From positions 26,779-90,778 of IMG/VR virus record IMGVR_UViG_3300025000_000005: a stretch of 64,000 nucleotides of DNA; one strand, written 5' to 3'. Positions 1 through 10,803 of this stretch are shown here, in pieces. Position numbers and translations under genes: made by a program. Source of the stretch: a virus. The notes beneath the pieces were generated by a model that saw nothing but the letters and a program-made list of their open reading frames with translations, did no database searches and had not been told where the DNA came from. Each line of letters begins with the position of its first letter. The stretch's first letter is position 1.

Positions 1-307
1 ACCGGGCACTCTCGTAAAAGAATGCTGCCGCAAGGTTGAATTCTGGCGATCCATAGCCAAGAGCATCTACCCAATCCTGGTCCACATCGGTTCCGAAAAC
101 GAAATCTCCACTGTCAACGAACATTTTCTTTAAGAGCCACCAGTATGGGCCATAAGCCCTGTAGCGTACCGGCTTTTTCAGCAGGAAGAACCGGACCCCG
201 CCCATCAGGCTTTTGATCCACGCATCGGACGCTTCCTTCCCCGGGCGATTATCCGTCCCGAGGTCGATTATTTTCTGCAACTCCTCTTTGGGCGCTTTTT
301 CGATCAT
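1..307 (-). CDS. ulx: Ulx-like antirestriction accessory protein (3' end outside window)
   Basis: Hand translation from ATG 307 (RBS AAGGAG): MIEKAPKEELQK...LLKKPVRYRAYGPYWWLLKKMF, matching the recalled P1 Ulx YRxYGPYW motif. It lies directly downstream of darB, as in P1. Confidence 0.8.
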   Translation of the reverse strand, partial: MIEKAPKEELQKIIDLGTDNRPGKEASDAWIKSLMGGVRFFLLKKPVRYRAYGPYWWLLKKMFVDSGDFVFGTDVDQDWVDALGYGSPEFNLAAAFFYESAR

Positions 308-375
308 TGGCTTTCTCCTTTTTTTACCTATTAACAGAAAAAATGAAAAAAACAAATCTTTAAAGCTTTAAATCT

Positions 376-3300
376 TTACGACATTATGGCGAAAATATCC
401 TTCAAGTCGGTTTTCGAGTCGATATACCAGTAGGCGCCGTTACTAAGTTCGCCAGCGCTCCCGGCGAAGAACTGAGCCCCATACCGAGCTTTCAGAATTT
501 CCTTCGTGCGGTATAGCACTCCTTGCTTGGCGTTTCTATCCAAAAAAAACCACTTAGAGAATGCCGCAACCGCGATATTCTTGTATTTGCCTTGAAGTGT
601 CACGTCCCGAGAGTTGATCTTCACCGTAATACCGAGCTGCGCGAAAGCGTTTTTAACCTCTTCCGGAATCTCTTTGTAATTTGGGTGCTGCTTTATCGCT
701 TCAGCGGCTTTTCGGTCCGCTTCGGCTTTTTCTTTTGCCATCTGGTCAAGAAGCGTGTCAAGCTGTTCGCGTCTGCACTTGTTGGCAATGGTCTCTATAT
801 CGCTTCTGTTATCCCCCAGGGCGGACGCCGCCACGGTAAGGTCGTTTTGGAATCCGTATCCGCCAAGGATGCTATGGATTTCGGACGGGCTGGCCTGGTT
901 GACTTTATCCCCAAGCTTATCATCAAGAAAATCGTTCACAAATTTCGCGTAAAATTCACGAATCTGTGTTTCGGTTGCCACCGTCCCGTACTGCATGACG
1001 GTTACCTTCCAGTCGGATCCAAAAACGGTGGCCACGATCCCGGTAACGGTAGAATCCACATAGTCATAAGCCGTCTTCATCTTGGCCGCCTCAAGATACG
1101 CCTCGCTCAGATTCTTTCGATACGTTTCGTTTGTCGGTTCAGGAAAAACGATATCAGCCTTATTTTCTATATAATAATTGTCCTGAAATGCGAAACCGTC
1201 GCCTTTCCGAACGAAAAATTTTCCATAGATCTTGATATCGGCTATGTTTTCGAAAAATGTCTGTTTATCAATATCAGCACTGCCGACCAGATCAATATAC
1301 CGGATCTCCTCGGACAGGAGCTTTTTGAGGGCCAACTCCTTTTCAGAGTACGAAACCTTGATCGCATCGTCCGGGAAATCAGTTAGCAGGATTACCGTTT
1401 TGCTCGACCCGTTGATCCTGATATATTCGGTCTCAATGAGACGATCAGATCCCATAATTACATCATACGTGAAAGCCTTTTGTGGTGACTGGAATGCGTC
1501 CGTAAGCTTGAAAATCACCATGCCGCGGCCGGTGCGCCGTTCATAGACATCGCCAGCAGCATAAACCTTTCCTGAAAGGGAGCATATCGCCTTTTCGGGA
1601 TGATCCAAAACCGAGGCATCAAAAGGAAGTTCCCCTTTTTTGCCTTTGGCCGTCAGCACATTCATGGATTGCTGCTTCTGCGCTTCGAGATGGACACGTT
1701 CCCGCTCAAAAGCTGCATCCAGGTCATCAAGATCGGCCTTGGCTTTTACGAGGGACTTTTTACCATCATTTATTCGCTTGGCCAGTTTTTTCTTTTCCGG
1801 ATCCTCGTCATCCATGGCGAGGCCTTTTTTCTTAAGCCGCTCAATCGTTTCGGTCAGGTTCTCAACTTTGGTGGTTAAATCCTGTTTCCGCTTAACCTTC
1901 GCCTCCCCGAGCCCGGAGAGCGCCTCGGTAACATTCCCAAGAAGTTGGAGCATATTGACAAGCCGCTTTCTCTCCCGTTCATCCCGTTCCGTATTTTTCT
2001 GAGCGAGTTTTTCAAGGCGCCGCTTCTTCGCCTCTTCCGGATTGTCGGCCAGCAAATCCAACATGTCATCGTCCGAAACAACATTCCCGTTGTCCGCCTC
2101 AATGTCGGTGCCGGTCAGGAGGTCCCGTATCCAGCTCGCCTTTCGCTTGAGGAGGTCCAGCCGGTAAAAGTCGAACGAATTTTTCCCGAGGTAATAATAA
2201 ATTTTGACGCTACTCGACGTGTTTCCCTGGCGGACACCGCGGCCGTTTCTCTGTTGAATCGATGCAGGTGTCCAGGGAAGCGTCAGGTGGTGAATCGCCG
2301 TGGTGCCCTTTTGCAGGTTTACACCGACCTCCGCCTTCTTATTTGCAATGACAAGCTTTATTTTCCCGGAATTGTAGTTGTCGGAGATCTTTTGCAATTT
2401 GGTCCCGGACGCTTCGTCCGCGTTGATAATCGCAATGACGTCACGCGATAGCGGCACGTGGTGGGACAAGATCCGTTTCAGCTTCCCGTGCTGTGATTTT
2501 TCTTCCGTGAAAACGACCTGCTTGCCATTAGCCTCAAGGTGGGCGCGGACATTTTCAACGAGTTTCGCGTATTTCGGAGGCAGGGGGTGAGATACGTCAT
2601 TTTCATCGATACCAACGACTGCGAGCTTTGAAATTACATGCGCCTCAAGCTCTTCGAAAGTTGTGAGGCAATAAGTATCGCCTTTTGTTTCAAGCTTGTT
2701 AACGACATCGACATCGACATCGACATCAATCGTTTTTCCTTCTTCGTCTTTCGCCTTGCGGGAAACCGTTTTAGGGAGTCCGGAAACTATCTTGTCGACC
2801 TTTTCCTTATCGGCCAGCTTGAAATAAAACGTCATGGTATGGGTATAGAGGTCCATGTCCGTGGTAACGCGGTCCATGTTTCTGATTATGGAAAACATGC
2901 TGATTTTTGATCCGGGTTTGGACGCTTCCTTCGCATCCTCCCTGAGATCCGCATAAACGTCCCCCTGCACTTCTGAAAGATCAACCTCTTCATTCGCCTC
3001 ATCGCTTCCGGGGAGTTCAAGACCTACATCATCCGCTGTTCGATAGAGCACGTATTTATGGAAAAGGTTCCGGAGACCATCAAGTTTTTTAAACCCGACA
3101 AGGCCATCCTTGGTTTTGATTTCACCGGAAACCATCACCTTGTCAACGGATTCTATCTTTCCGAAAGCTCTAACAAAATCATCAACGGTATAGACTCCGA
3201 ACCGTTCGAATTCCTCCATCGGCGCGACGAGCGATAGTACATTGTAGATTTCAAGGGGGGAGTTGGTAACCGGGGTCGCCGAAAGGGGATACACGCCCTT

Positions 3301-6300
3301 CCCGCCGAATCTTTCTTTCATGTACGCGGATTTGAGCTGCATATCAATTGCCCTCTGAGCGCTTTTAACAACCGAAAGGTAGGCAACGTCGCTGGTTTTC
3401 TCCCCAGATTTGAACGAATTCTTGTACTCGTGGGCCTCATCTATGATCACATTGGTAAAACCCATATCCTCAAAATAGGGAAGCTCACCCTTTTTGCGCG
3501 TTCCCTCATCCGAATACTTGGCTTCCGCCCGAAGTCCGGCCTTATCGTCATCATAGGTTTTCTTTTTTGATCCGCCGTCATCCTCAGCCACACCGTTTGC
3601 GCTTAAGGACTTAGCCATCTTGTCGCTGATCAAAGAGCGGTCCGACATCTTCTTGGCATACCTCGCTTTCGTGTCCGGCCGCATCGGTATTGACCCGAAT
3701 TTCGTGCTTGTCATCACCACAAGGGACTTGTTTGTGTTAGGTATTTCCCACATCTTGGCCCATATGTCATCAGGGTCTTTTTTGGTTATAAGGAGAGTTT
3801 GCTTCTCAACCTCGTTCGTGAATTTGTTGATTTTAGGGTTTCCAAACTCATCCTGGACAATTTCCTGCCGAGGCTTCCCGTTTTTGTCCAGCCTTGCCTC
3901 TATGCCAACGAAAAGTACGTCATCAATGTCGGTCACGAACTTATTTGTCTCATGATACCAGTTATTCAGGACCGCATCCGGAACGACTATACACGTCTTT
4001 TTAGTCCGCCCCATCTGTTTGTTGTAGAGGTGCAGGGCAATGGCCGAAAGGGTTTTCCCCAAGCCGACATCATCCGCCAGAATCCCGCCGCCCTCTTCTG
4101 AGAGCCTACGAATTGCCGAATATTGGTACCCGTGGGGTTTAATTCGGTCAGAGAAACCCTCTATATGCAAGGGCGAATCATCGTATTCGTGGGGGATGAA
4201 AGCATTGAATTTGCGGTTATAAACGGCCGCGACCTGCGCCATGTCCGGATGCTGCTGCATCCAGGCATTGAAGTTTTCAGTCGTTGCCTTTATCGCTTGC
4301 GTGTATGCCTCTCTTCGTTCTTGTGCGCCTTCTCCAGTCGGTGCGACATTATCCCCATTGAGAAACTTTAAGAACTGATTTTTGAATCCGGGCCCCTCGA
4401 TACCGATCCATTTGCCGAACGGGTTGTCAAAATCCTCAACGAACTTGTTTGCGGTTATCGTTTCACCTGTTACCGAATCCTCCTTCTCAACCTCTGCATC
4501 AGCCCCGAAGCTGGCATGCGGGTATCCGTTGGCCCTCAAAAACTCCACCAGGTATTTTTTAGGAAACCACTTTTCCTGCAATCCCAGATCGATATCTTCA
4601 GGTGGAGTCAGCTTTAATTTCGACTGAATGGTGTCGATTTGCTGCTGCCACTTTTCCTTGAGGCGGGAATCCTCCTCATCGGCCATCACTTGCGTTAGCT
4701 CGACCATCTTGGGGTACACATCGCCGGAGGCATACCGTCCCATAGGCATGATCATGCCGCTCGGCGCAATGGCAATACCATCGGCAGATGCCAGATCCCC
4801 CAGGTTCTCTATCGCCATTTTTCCGGTATAGATCTTCTTTACATCCTCAAGTTCAATATTTTGCATGCCTTCCCGGACATAAAGGTGCTCAACAATCGAT
4901 TGGATATTCGTGGAGTCGAAGGCCGTTCGATCCTCGGATAGCGTCCCAGCCAGCAGATCGGAAAAAACGCCTTTCTGATCGACCGAACTCAAAAACATCC
5001 CGAATGCGCGGGAGCTTTCACCGGTCAAGACGAGCCACTTACACCCTTTTGGATGCCCGTAGCGCTCGATCTCTGCCGCCACCATGCTTTGCAAGCGGTC
5101 TCTTTCCATGTCGTCAGAACTGGTTCTCAGCCTGCCTATGAGTCCGCCGATAACGGTCCCCCGGAAGGCCTGCTCCCTAAACTTGTCATCGGTCTGGCTC
5201 ATGGAAAATAAAACGGCATCGGTATGGAGGCTCGACAAGAGTTCCGGCCATGTCTTGTAAATGGCGAAGGCCTGCTCAGCCGTTAACTGCAATGCTCCAT
5301 CCGGGCTCGAAAGAATCGCTTTCAGGTCGTCAAGTGTCGCGGCGCCATATTTTTTCGCATCAAGCGCCATTCCGGAATCTGCCTGGATGGTTGCGACCCA
5401 CCTCCCCCCGATGAATTCACACTGCCGACCATTAATGATTCGGTGATCGCCCTCAACATAGGTTGGCGGATCCGCCGGCGCGACGTCCAGCATGTCCCAA
5501 TCGATTCTTGAGTCGAACCTGACCGCTATTTTCTGCTTCAGCGCGGCCGGGTCGATATCCCCGTCAACTACCTCCCGGCTCCATCGGTCGCCGTCGATTT
5601 TCGGGACGTAGGTCCCATGGATAAACTGCCGCCCCTCGCCCTGCCAGTACGACCCGTTTACGAATTCACCCCAAACCACTTTTGCATCTTGCAAGGTCTT
5701 GAAATCTATATTGTCTATCTTTTCAATCAGATCGGATGGATGCTTTTTAAAAACGATAATATCGACAACCGTGTCCGTTCCCTGAGCCCGGAATGTCTTT
5801 GATGGCAATTTATGAGCGCCCAGGAACTCGGCCTTTTTCGAAACGGCTATCCTGAATTGGTTCCATCGATCCGATTTATTGGTCAGGATATTCGTGGGGA
5901 CTACCAGGCACGCCAAACCGCCAGGGCGGGTCTTGTCCAATGCGCGGAGGATGAAATACCGCTCGATTCGTTTCTCGTTTTTATAGGCCGGGTCGTCATG
6001 GATCGATTTGCCGCGGGCATCCCCGAAAGGAACGTTCCCTATTACCGAATCAAAATGATTATCATCGGTTTTCCCTACGAGAGACTCGAAACTTCCGGTC
6101 CTTATCGAATCTTCAGGGTTAAAAAGCTGCGCTATTTTGGATCCAACCGGATCTATGTCCGTACCAGTCACAACCAGGCCGGCCGGTTTTGTGGACGGGA
6201 AAACGCCCGCACCCGTGCAAGGGTCCAAAATATTCCCGGCCGTAATGCCATACCCCTTCAAAATGTCCCACATTCCCTCGGCTACCGGAGTCGGCGTGTA

Positions 6301-6618
6301 ATATTCGAACTGTGAGTTTTCGGTAAGCCCGCCGCGGCCGGAATACTGCTTCAGAACGGCCGCGTCTTCATCCGACAGGTCGGCCGGGTCATGGACACGA
6401 TCGAGGATGTCTCGCGCCATGGCGTTCAGGTTTTCTCTGGCTTTGATACCACGGACCTTGAGCCCATAATCAGACGTGTCGGGCTTTGAATCGGATGGAA
6501 TACCCAGAATGGCCTTGAATGCCTGCGCCAGTTCATCGAATGTTTTTGCGCTTAAAATAGCGGAATTGCCTGGGAGTGCTTTTTCGAGGACCATATCGAA
6601 TAATTGTTGCTGTGGCAT
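376..6618 (-). CDS. darB: DarB-like virion-packaged antirestriction protein (N6-adenine methyltransferase + SNF2 helicase)
   Basis: 2080 aa. MTase motifs YYTP, DPCTGAG, GNVPF. SF2 motifs DDVGLGKT, DEAH, SAT, QQRNGRGVRQGN. P1-like context. Confidence 0.92.
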   Translation of the reverse strand: MPQQQLFDMVLEKALPGNSAILSAKTFDELAQAFKAILGIPSDSKPDTSDYGLKVRGIKARENLNAMARDILDRVHDPADLSDEDAAVLKQYSGRGGLTENSQFEYYTPTPVAEGMWDILKGYGITAGNILDPCTGAGVFPSTKPAGLVVTGTDIDPVGSKIAQLFNPEDSIRTGSFESLVGKTDDNHFDSVIGNVPFGDARGKSIHDDPAYKNEKRIERYFILRALDKTRPGGLACLVVPTNILTNKSDRWNQFRIAVSKKAEFLGAHKLPSKTFRAQGTDTVVDIIVFKKHPSDLIEKIDNIDFKTLQDAKVVWGEFVNGSYWQGEGRQFIHGTYVPKIDGDRWSREVVDGDIDPAALKQKIAVRFDSRIDWDMLDVAPADPPTYVEGDHRIINGRQCEFIGGRWVATIQADSGMALDAKKYGAATLDDLKAILSSPDGALQLTAEQAFAIYKTWPELLSSLHTDAVLFSMSQTDDKFREQAFRGTVIGGLIGRLRTSSDDMERDRLQSMVAAEIERYGHPKGCKWLVLTGESSRAFGMFLSSVDQKGVFSDLLAGTLSEDRTAFDSTNIQSIVEHLYVREGMQNIELEDVKKIYTGKMAIENLGDLASADGIAIAPSGMIMPMGRYASGDVYPKMVELTQVMADEEDSRLKEKWQQQIDTIQSKLKLTPPEDIDLGLQEKWFPKKYLVEFLRANGYPHASFGADAEVEKEDSVTGETITANKFVEDFDNPFGKWIGIEGPGFKNQFLKFLNGDNVAPTGEGAQERREAYTQAIKATTENFNAWMQQHPDMAQVAAVYNRKFNAFIPHEYDDSPLHIEGFSDRIKPHGYQYSAIRRLSEEGGGILADDVGLGKTLSAIALHLYNKQMGRTKKTCIVVPDAVLNNWYHETNKFVTDIDDVLFVGIEARLDKNGKPRQEIVQDEFGNPKINKFTNEVEKQTLLITKKDPDDIWAKMWEIPNTNKSLVVMTSTKFGSIPMRPDTKARYAKKMSDRSLISDKMAKSLSANGVAEDDGGSKKKTYDDDKAGLRAEAKYSDEGTRKKGELPYFEDMGFTNVIIDEAHEYKNSFKSGEKTSDVAYLSVVKSAQRAIDMQLKSAYMKERFGGKGVYPLSATPVTNSPLEIYNVLSLVAPMEEFERFGVYTVDDFVRAFGKIESVDKVMVSGEIKTKDGLVGFKKLDGLRNLFHKYVLYRTADDVGLELPGSDEANEEVDLSEVQGDVYADLREDAKEASKPGSKISMFSIIRNMDRVTTDMDLYTHTMTFYFKLADKEKVDKIVSGLPKTVSRKAKDEEGKTIDVDVDVDVVNKLETKGDTYCLTTFEELEAHVISKLAVVGIDENDVSHPLPPKYAKLVENVRAHLEANGKQVVFTEEKSQHGKLKRILSHHVPLSRDVIAIINADEASGTKLQKISDNYNSGKIKLVIANKKAEVGVNLQKGTTAIHHLTLPWTPASIQQRNGRGVRQGNTSSSVKIYYYLGKNSFDFYRLDLLKRKASWIRDLLTGTDIEADNGNVVSDDDMLDLLADNPEEAKKRRLEKLAQKNTERDERERKRLVNMLQLLGNVTEALSGLGEAKVKRKQDLTTKVENLTETIERLKKKGLAMDDEDPEKKKLAKRINDGKKSLVKAKADLDDLDAAFERERVHLEAQKQQSMNVLTAKGKKGELPFDASVLDHPEKAICSLSGKVYAAGDVYERRTGRGMVIFKLTDAFQSPQKAFTYDVIMGSDRLIETEYIRINGSSKTVILLTDFPDDAIKVSYSEKELALKKLLSEEIRYIDLVGSADIDKQTFFENIADIKIYGKFFVRKGDGFAFQDNYYIENKADIVFPEPTNETYRKNLSEAYLEAAKMKTAYDYVDSTVTGIVATVFGSDWKVTVMQYGTVATETQIREFYAKFVNDFLDDKLGDKVNQASPSEIHSILGGYGFQNDLTVAASALGDNRSDIETIANKCRREQLDTLLDQMAKEKAEADRKAAEAIKQHPNYKEIPEEVKNAFAQLGITVKINSRDVTLQGKYKNIAVAAFSKWFFLDRNAKQGVLYRTKEILKARYGAQFFAGSAGELSNGAYWYIDSKTDLKDIFAIMS

Positions 6619-6645
6619 TTTGCCTCGCGTGGTATGAAGGGGTTT

Positions 6646-6674
6646 AAAAAATGCCGCCCGTGGTTGGGCGGCAT
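6646..6674 (-). terminator. Intrinsic terminator upstream of darB
   Basis: 9-bp stem ATGCCGCCC/GGGCGGCAT (6651-6674) followed by a T run on the minus strand. Confidence 0.7.
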
Positions 6675-6703
6675 CTATAATTTTATTGGAAAATCTTTAG
6701 CTT

Positions 6704-7027
6704 TTAATACGAAAACACGACCGCGGGAGAATCCTTGTTTGGTTTAAACCGGCAATCCCTAACCGCATCGTCAGGCCATTCCATGTTCCCGGAACCGGAA
6801 TGGCTTGCGACAATTTCGGCGGAAGGTGCCGCCTCATCAGCATCCGATTCTACCAAACACCATTTTGAAGTTACAGGATCGAAAACAAAGACTGCCGGGA
6901 AAGCAGAATCTCCGGATAAAGAAACGACTGTGTCGTTCCGGTCCCCCAAAAATCCGGGCGGTGCGCCCAAAAACATAACGAAAAATGCCAGAAAAACGCC
7001 GATCAGAAATAAGCTCTTTCTTTTCAC
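6704..7027 (-). CDS. Hypothetical protein with N-terminal signal/TM segment
   Basis: MKRKSLFLIGVFLAFFVMFLG N-terminus, RBS AGGAGG, start overlaps the upstream stop. Confidence 0.6.
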   Translation of the reverse strand: MKRKSLFLIGVFLAFFVMFLGAPPGFLGDRNDTVVSLSGDSAFPAVFVFDPVTSKWCLVESDADEAAPSAEIVASHSGSGNMEWPDDAVRDCRFKPNKDSPAVVFSY

Positions 7028-7605
7028 GACCCCTCCTTTGAACAGGTAAAAGTGTTATTGATTCCCTTCCACGTACCTTCAAACGCTATTCGATAAATCG
7101 CTGTTCGGTCCCGGGCATAATCCTCCAGCATCGCTGGCGTTGTGCCTCTCCAAAAACACACCCTGCTCTGAATCTTCTCACAAAAAGCAACTACTTCAGA
7201 ACATATCGCCCGAGACCCGATCCCTATTTTGGATAACCACGGGAAAATAATTGAAGAAAGCCCTAATAGTATCAGTCTGGCTACCGGGTAATGGTCCCCG
7301 TCGAACATTTCTTTCGTTTCTTTGTATGCGGCATCAAAGCTGAGATCCCCGCCGACCGGCTCAACAATCATCACCTTCGCCCCTATATAGTCGTCTATGC
7401 CTGCCCGATATTCGCGGGTTTTCAGCCTGGCCGCAAAAGTATCCCCGAATGGGGTAACGATAATTTCCGCATGCCCATATTCAGCGCGGCTATCGGGTTC
7501 CCGGATCTTCTGGCCCGCGATAATAACCTTTGCCAGCAGTGAGCTTTTCCAGTCGGTACCGCCCACTCCGGATGTCAGAAGGAAACTGCCCGGTTTAAGT
7601 TCCAT
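7024..7605 (-). CDS. Permuted papain-like amidase (YiiX/YaeF-type NlpC/P60)
   Basis: His motif YGHAEI precedes Cys motif ICSEVVA, with TTP near the C-terminus: the circularly permuted NlpC/P60 order. Confidence 0.7.
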   Translation of the reverse strand: MELKPGSFLLTSGVGGTDWKSSLLAKVIIAGQKIREPDSRAEYGHAEIIVTPFGDTFAARLKTREYRAGIDDYIGAKVMIVEPVGGDLSFDAAYKETKEMFDGDHYPVARLILLGLSSIIFPWLSKIGIGSRAICSEVVAFCEKIQSRVCFWRGTTPAMLEDYARDRTAIYRIAFEGTWKGINNTFTCSKEGS

Positions 7606-7696
7606 CGAGTGCAGAGCCTTTCAATAAAGATTAATTTAAAAATTTATATCATTAAAACTTTATTTGTGTGAAAAAATCAAGCCCAAAATGAGCGGG

Positions 7697-7744
7697 AATA
7701 AAAACACCATGCCAATTTGCCTGTAAGTGATAGAATTGGCATGG
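7697..7744 (-). terminator. Hairpin/terminator after the 114-aa gene
   Basis: 11-bp stem CCATGCCAATT/AATTGGCATGG (7707-7744) followed by TGTTTTTATT on the minus strand. Confidence 0.6.
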
Positions 7745-7766
7745 CGCTCAAATTGGATCGTGGCAT

Positions 7767-8111
7767 TTATGCAGGGTCACTCAGACCGAAAGTCGCCGCG
7801 GTAAGCCGGTATATTCCAGCCGCGCCGTAGACCTCCGCCGTAACATCGTCTCGCGCGATGAGCGCACCACCGGTTAATGCGTTATAGTACCCCACATAAT
7901 TCACAGTCGCACCCGCCTCAATGGCGAACTCCAATGCAGGATCACAATCGCCTGCCACCGACCCGTCAGCAGGCGTCCCCAAAGTAATAGCCTGCCTGGT
8001 CGCCAGTTCGGTTCCGGCCGCGGCAGGGTCCCCATTGCAGGGCGCACAGTGCGTAATCCCGGTTGCTGCAAGCATATTGTTTTTTCCGGTTGCAGTAAAT
8101 CCCATAGCCAT
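7767..8111 (-). CDS. Small virion structural protein, paralogue of 25621-25962
   Basis: Beta-rich 114 aa (GDP..GTEL..RQAITL motif), highly similar to the 113-aa ORF at 25621-25962. Confidence 0.7.
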   Translation of the reverse strand: MAMGFTATGKNNMLAATGITHCAPCNGDPAAAGTELATRQAITLGTPADGSVAGDCDPALEFAIEAGATVNYVGYYNALTGGALIARDDVTAEVYGAAGIYRLTAATFGLSDPA

Positions 8112-8137
8112 AATATCACCTCTTAATTATTAGAATG

Positions 8138-10414
8138 TTATTCCGTAGGAGGCACAATAGCCGCCCGTTTTATTGTCATGACGCCGACCGTCACAGTACT
8201 GACGTTCCCTTCACCGTCTATTATCTCCGCCTCATGGTGGTATTGCCCGGGAATTAATTCCGTGTCATCAGGCGACAGAGCGATTGATATAACCAAAACC
8301 CCGCTATCGTTTGACAGTGTGATCCCGCCATCGGCATCCGAGCTTTTAGAAATCACCGGGGACGCTTTAACCGTCAATGCCGCCTGCCACCTCGCCGTAG
8401 TGGTTTCGGCATCCAGGTTTTCGGGAACGGTGATTCGTATTATCTTCGAATCCCCTTGATACATCTCGAAATTTTGGTTTTTTGCTGTCACAGCTATCCC
8501 TCCAATTATGGCTATTATCCGATCGATGTTGCCAGCAATGTCTACCACCCTATCAATGTTGCCAGTCAAATTGACAATTTGGAGAGCCGTGCCCCATACA
8601 GCAGATGTCCCGACCGAAACGATATGCCCAACGCCCGAAACACTTGATTGTGCGATCCGTATTGTTTCAGCAACGGCAAGTGCCTGCCCGGTCGCAGTGA
8701 CGGCAGTCGGTCCGGCGCGGATCGGTGTCCCGGAGGATGAGACCGAGGCCGTGGCCGATATAACCGTGTGACCTGATCCGGATGAAGATTGCTCTCCATC
8801 CGATTCGACGCTCCCAACAGCGGTCACATCGGTAGTGGATACGGCAATTTTAAGGCCAAATGTATCCATCACCGATATGGCCGATGCCCCGGTCAGGGCT
8901 TCTACGACTTTCAGCCCGTTTGACGCGATGTCGCCTACTATGCACAAAATTGACGTCGAGCCACCGAGGATCGCCGTTCCATTGGTGTCTATGGCACCGC
9001 TTGCTAATATCTCAGTAGTGCCACCATCTACTTTCGACCCCGTTGAGGATAAGGCTCCTACACATTGGACCGATGTTGAGCCGATTCGGATCGATATTCC
9101 GGACGACGCGATGGCCCCTGCCGCGACAATAGTGGTCGATCCTTCGGCAAAAGAATCCTCTTCGATTTTGACGCCAGTTGATTCAACGACACCGATTCCA
9201 GATATTGCGCTTTCTGCAACCGCTATTTTTGCTCCGGTTCCTGAACATGCACTGACAGATTCGACATTTACTTGCCCTACAGATAGCTTTTCGGCAGTGG
9301 CGGAGACGGACGCAATGCCAGAACTATTAGTATCGTTTACGGATAGTTTTAGTGAATCAGATAATATCGACCCGGTTGATGTAATGGATGTGCTTGATAG
9401 TCCTATCTTATCCCCGGAGCCCGTGACGCCGCCCGTGCCGGAAATGTCCGTGTCGCATTCTGATATTTTTAGTGTTTCCGCAACCGTTAATCCTATTGCG
9501 GAAATGTCCGTGCCTGATTCCCCTGCCTTTGATGCTGTTGCGGAAATCTGCCCGACTGCTGATATCGACGTTTCATCGCTGGAGTGCTTATCTCCAGAGG
9601 TAATTAATTCGCCAACGGCCTGAATGGATGTCTGGCCTTCAGCCGTCTCCCCGCCCCCAGCGCTCGGGAAGAAATAAACCGGCACTGAGCGGGGTTGAAC
9701 ATCGGCATATGGCTGTGAAAAATCGGCGGCTATGATATTAGAGGATAGCGCTGAAGGAAAAACTTTGACATAATCTAAGAGGCCTGAAGCATAACCGCCA
9801 AAAGCGTTACCAAGATAAAAAGATGCAGCGGCGGATTGGCCCGTGGTAAGTCCACCTGTATACGGTGTCGGATCTTGCACGCCGTCTTTATACAGCCGCC
9901 ACGTTGTGCCATCTCCGGTTACAGCAATAGTAAACCAAACGCCCTCGTTCGACCATGTTAAATTATTCCACCTATACCCACCGTTACAGTATACGTCGAT
10001 TGTTCGGGTGGCATATTGGGTGTTGTGGGTACAAAACAACCAAGGTGACCCATCGGAAAGAGCGTCAGCCCACTGGAAAAGTCCTTTATCGCCGGACACA
10101 GCAGCGGTCGTTTTCCATCGCATGATGACGGTTACACCGGCAAGAGTTTTCCCGGATACATCCGCCTTGGCATAATCGTTTGAACCATCGAAATATACGT
10201 TTTCGTTTGATCTGATGGGACCAACAAGGGAAAAGTTGATTAGTTGAGACCCATAATTATGGATTGACGCATTATCGGATGTCTCCCAACACGGAGACAG
10301 AACAAGAGGCGGCACAACGCCTATCTTTTCATAGTAATCACGTCCGGCATTACGTACAGCCTCATTTGGTCCCCACTGGCGGGGTTTATTTTTTGGAAAC
10401 GCTTTGATTATCAT
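8138..10414 (-). CDS. Fibre-like virion protein: LamG/concanavalin-like domain + ~20-aa S/T/G/A repeats + Ig/BppU-like C-terminus
   Basis: FDGSNDY...WFTIAVT..LYKDG...GLLDYVKVFPSALS (LamG-like), a long repeat stalk, and C-terminal MYQGDS..PGQYHHEAEI. Confidence 0.7.
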   Translation of the reverse strand: MIIKAFPKNKPRQWGPNEAVRNAGRDYYEKIGVVPPLVLSPCWETSDNASIHNYGSQLINFSLVGPIRSNENVYFDGSNDYAKADVSGKTLAGVTVIMRWKTTAAVSGDKGLFQWADALSDGSPWLFCTHNTQYATRTIDVYCNGGYRWNNLTWSNEGVWFTIAVTGDGTTWRLYKDGVQDPTPYTGGLTTGQSAAASFYLGNAFGGYASGLLDYVKVFPSALSSNIIAADFSQPYADVQPRSVPVYFFPSAGGGETAEGQTSIQAVGELITSGDKHSSDETSISAVGQISATASKAGESGTDISAIGLTVAETLKISECDTDISGTGGVTGSGDKIGLSSTSITSTGSILSDSLKLSVNDTNSSGIASVSATAEKLSVGQVNVESVSACSGTGAKIAVAESAISGIGVVESTGVKIEEDSFAEGSTTIVAAGAIASSGISIRIGSTSVQCVGALSSTGSKVDGGTTEILASGAIDTNGTAILGGSTSILCIVGDIASNGLKVVEALTGASAISVMDTFGLKIAVSTTDVTAVGSVESDGEQSSSGSGHTVISATASVSSSGTPIRAGPTAVTATGQALAVAETIRIAQSSVSGVGHIVSVGTSAVWGTALQIVNLTGNIDRVVDIAGNIDRIIAIIGGIAVTAKNQNFEMYQGDSKIIRITVPENLDAETTTARWQAALTVKASPVISKSSDADGGITLSNDSGVLVISIALSPDDTELIPGQYHHEAEIIDGEGNVSTVTVGVMTIKRAAIVPPTE

Positions 10415-10803
10415 TAGCTATCCGTTATCTTCAGCCCTTCCCATGAGCCGGAGAGGGTTATATCTTGAGCAGCAGAATTGCCATTGTAAACGCCTATTTC
10501 AGCGTAATTAAATTTCTCAAGCCGAACCGTGATTATTTTCGTTGTGCTCACGGTATAAGCAACGCTGTTCAAGTCAATAGCCTGATCACTGTCAGTTGTT
10601 CCGCCATCGGCGCTCACCCGGCATTTGATAGTTGCGTTACCGTCAGCAGCATTGCCGAACGCTATTGATAGCTGGATGTTCACATAATCAAAAAACGCAC
10701 CTGCACCCGCGCTGATAGGAGCCCATCCGGTGACGGTTTTAGCTGGCGTACTGTCATCAAAAGTAAGCGAGTTTCCGCTTGTATGATCAAGAGTAAATGC
10801 CAT
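10414..10803 (-). CDS. Hypothetical beta-rich structural protein
   Basis: 129-aa ORF with coupled start/stop overlaps on both sides. Confidence 0.6.
   Translation of the reverse strand: MAFTLDHTSGNSLTFDDSTPAKTVTGWAPISAGAGAFFDYVNIQLSIAFGNAADGNATIKCRVSADGGTTDSDQAIDLNSVAYTVSTTKIITVRLEKFNYAEIGVYNGNSAAQDITLSGSWEGLKITDS

Noticed and set aside
2704-2727. (GACATC)x4 in darB
   Set aside because: In-frame DV repeat with no regulatory evidence.
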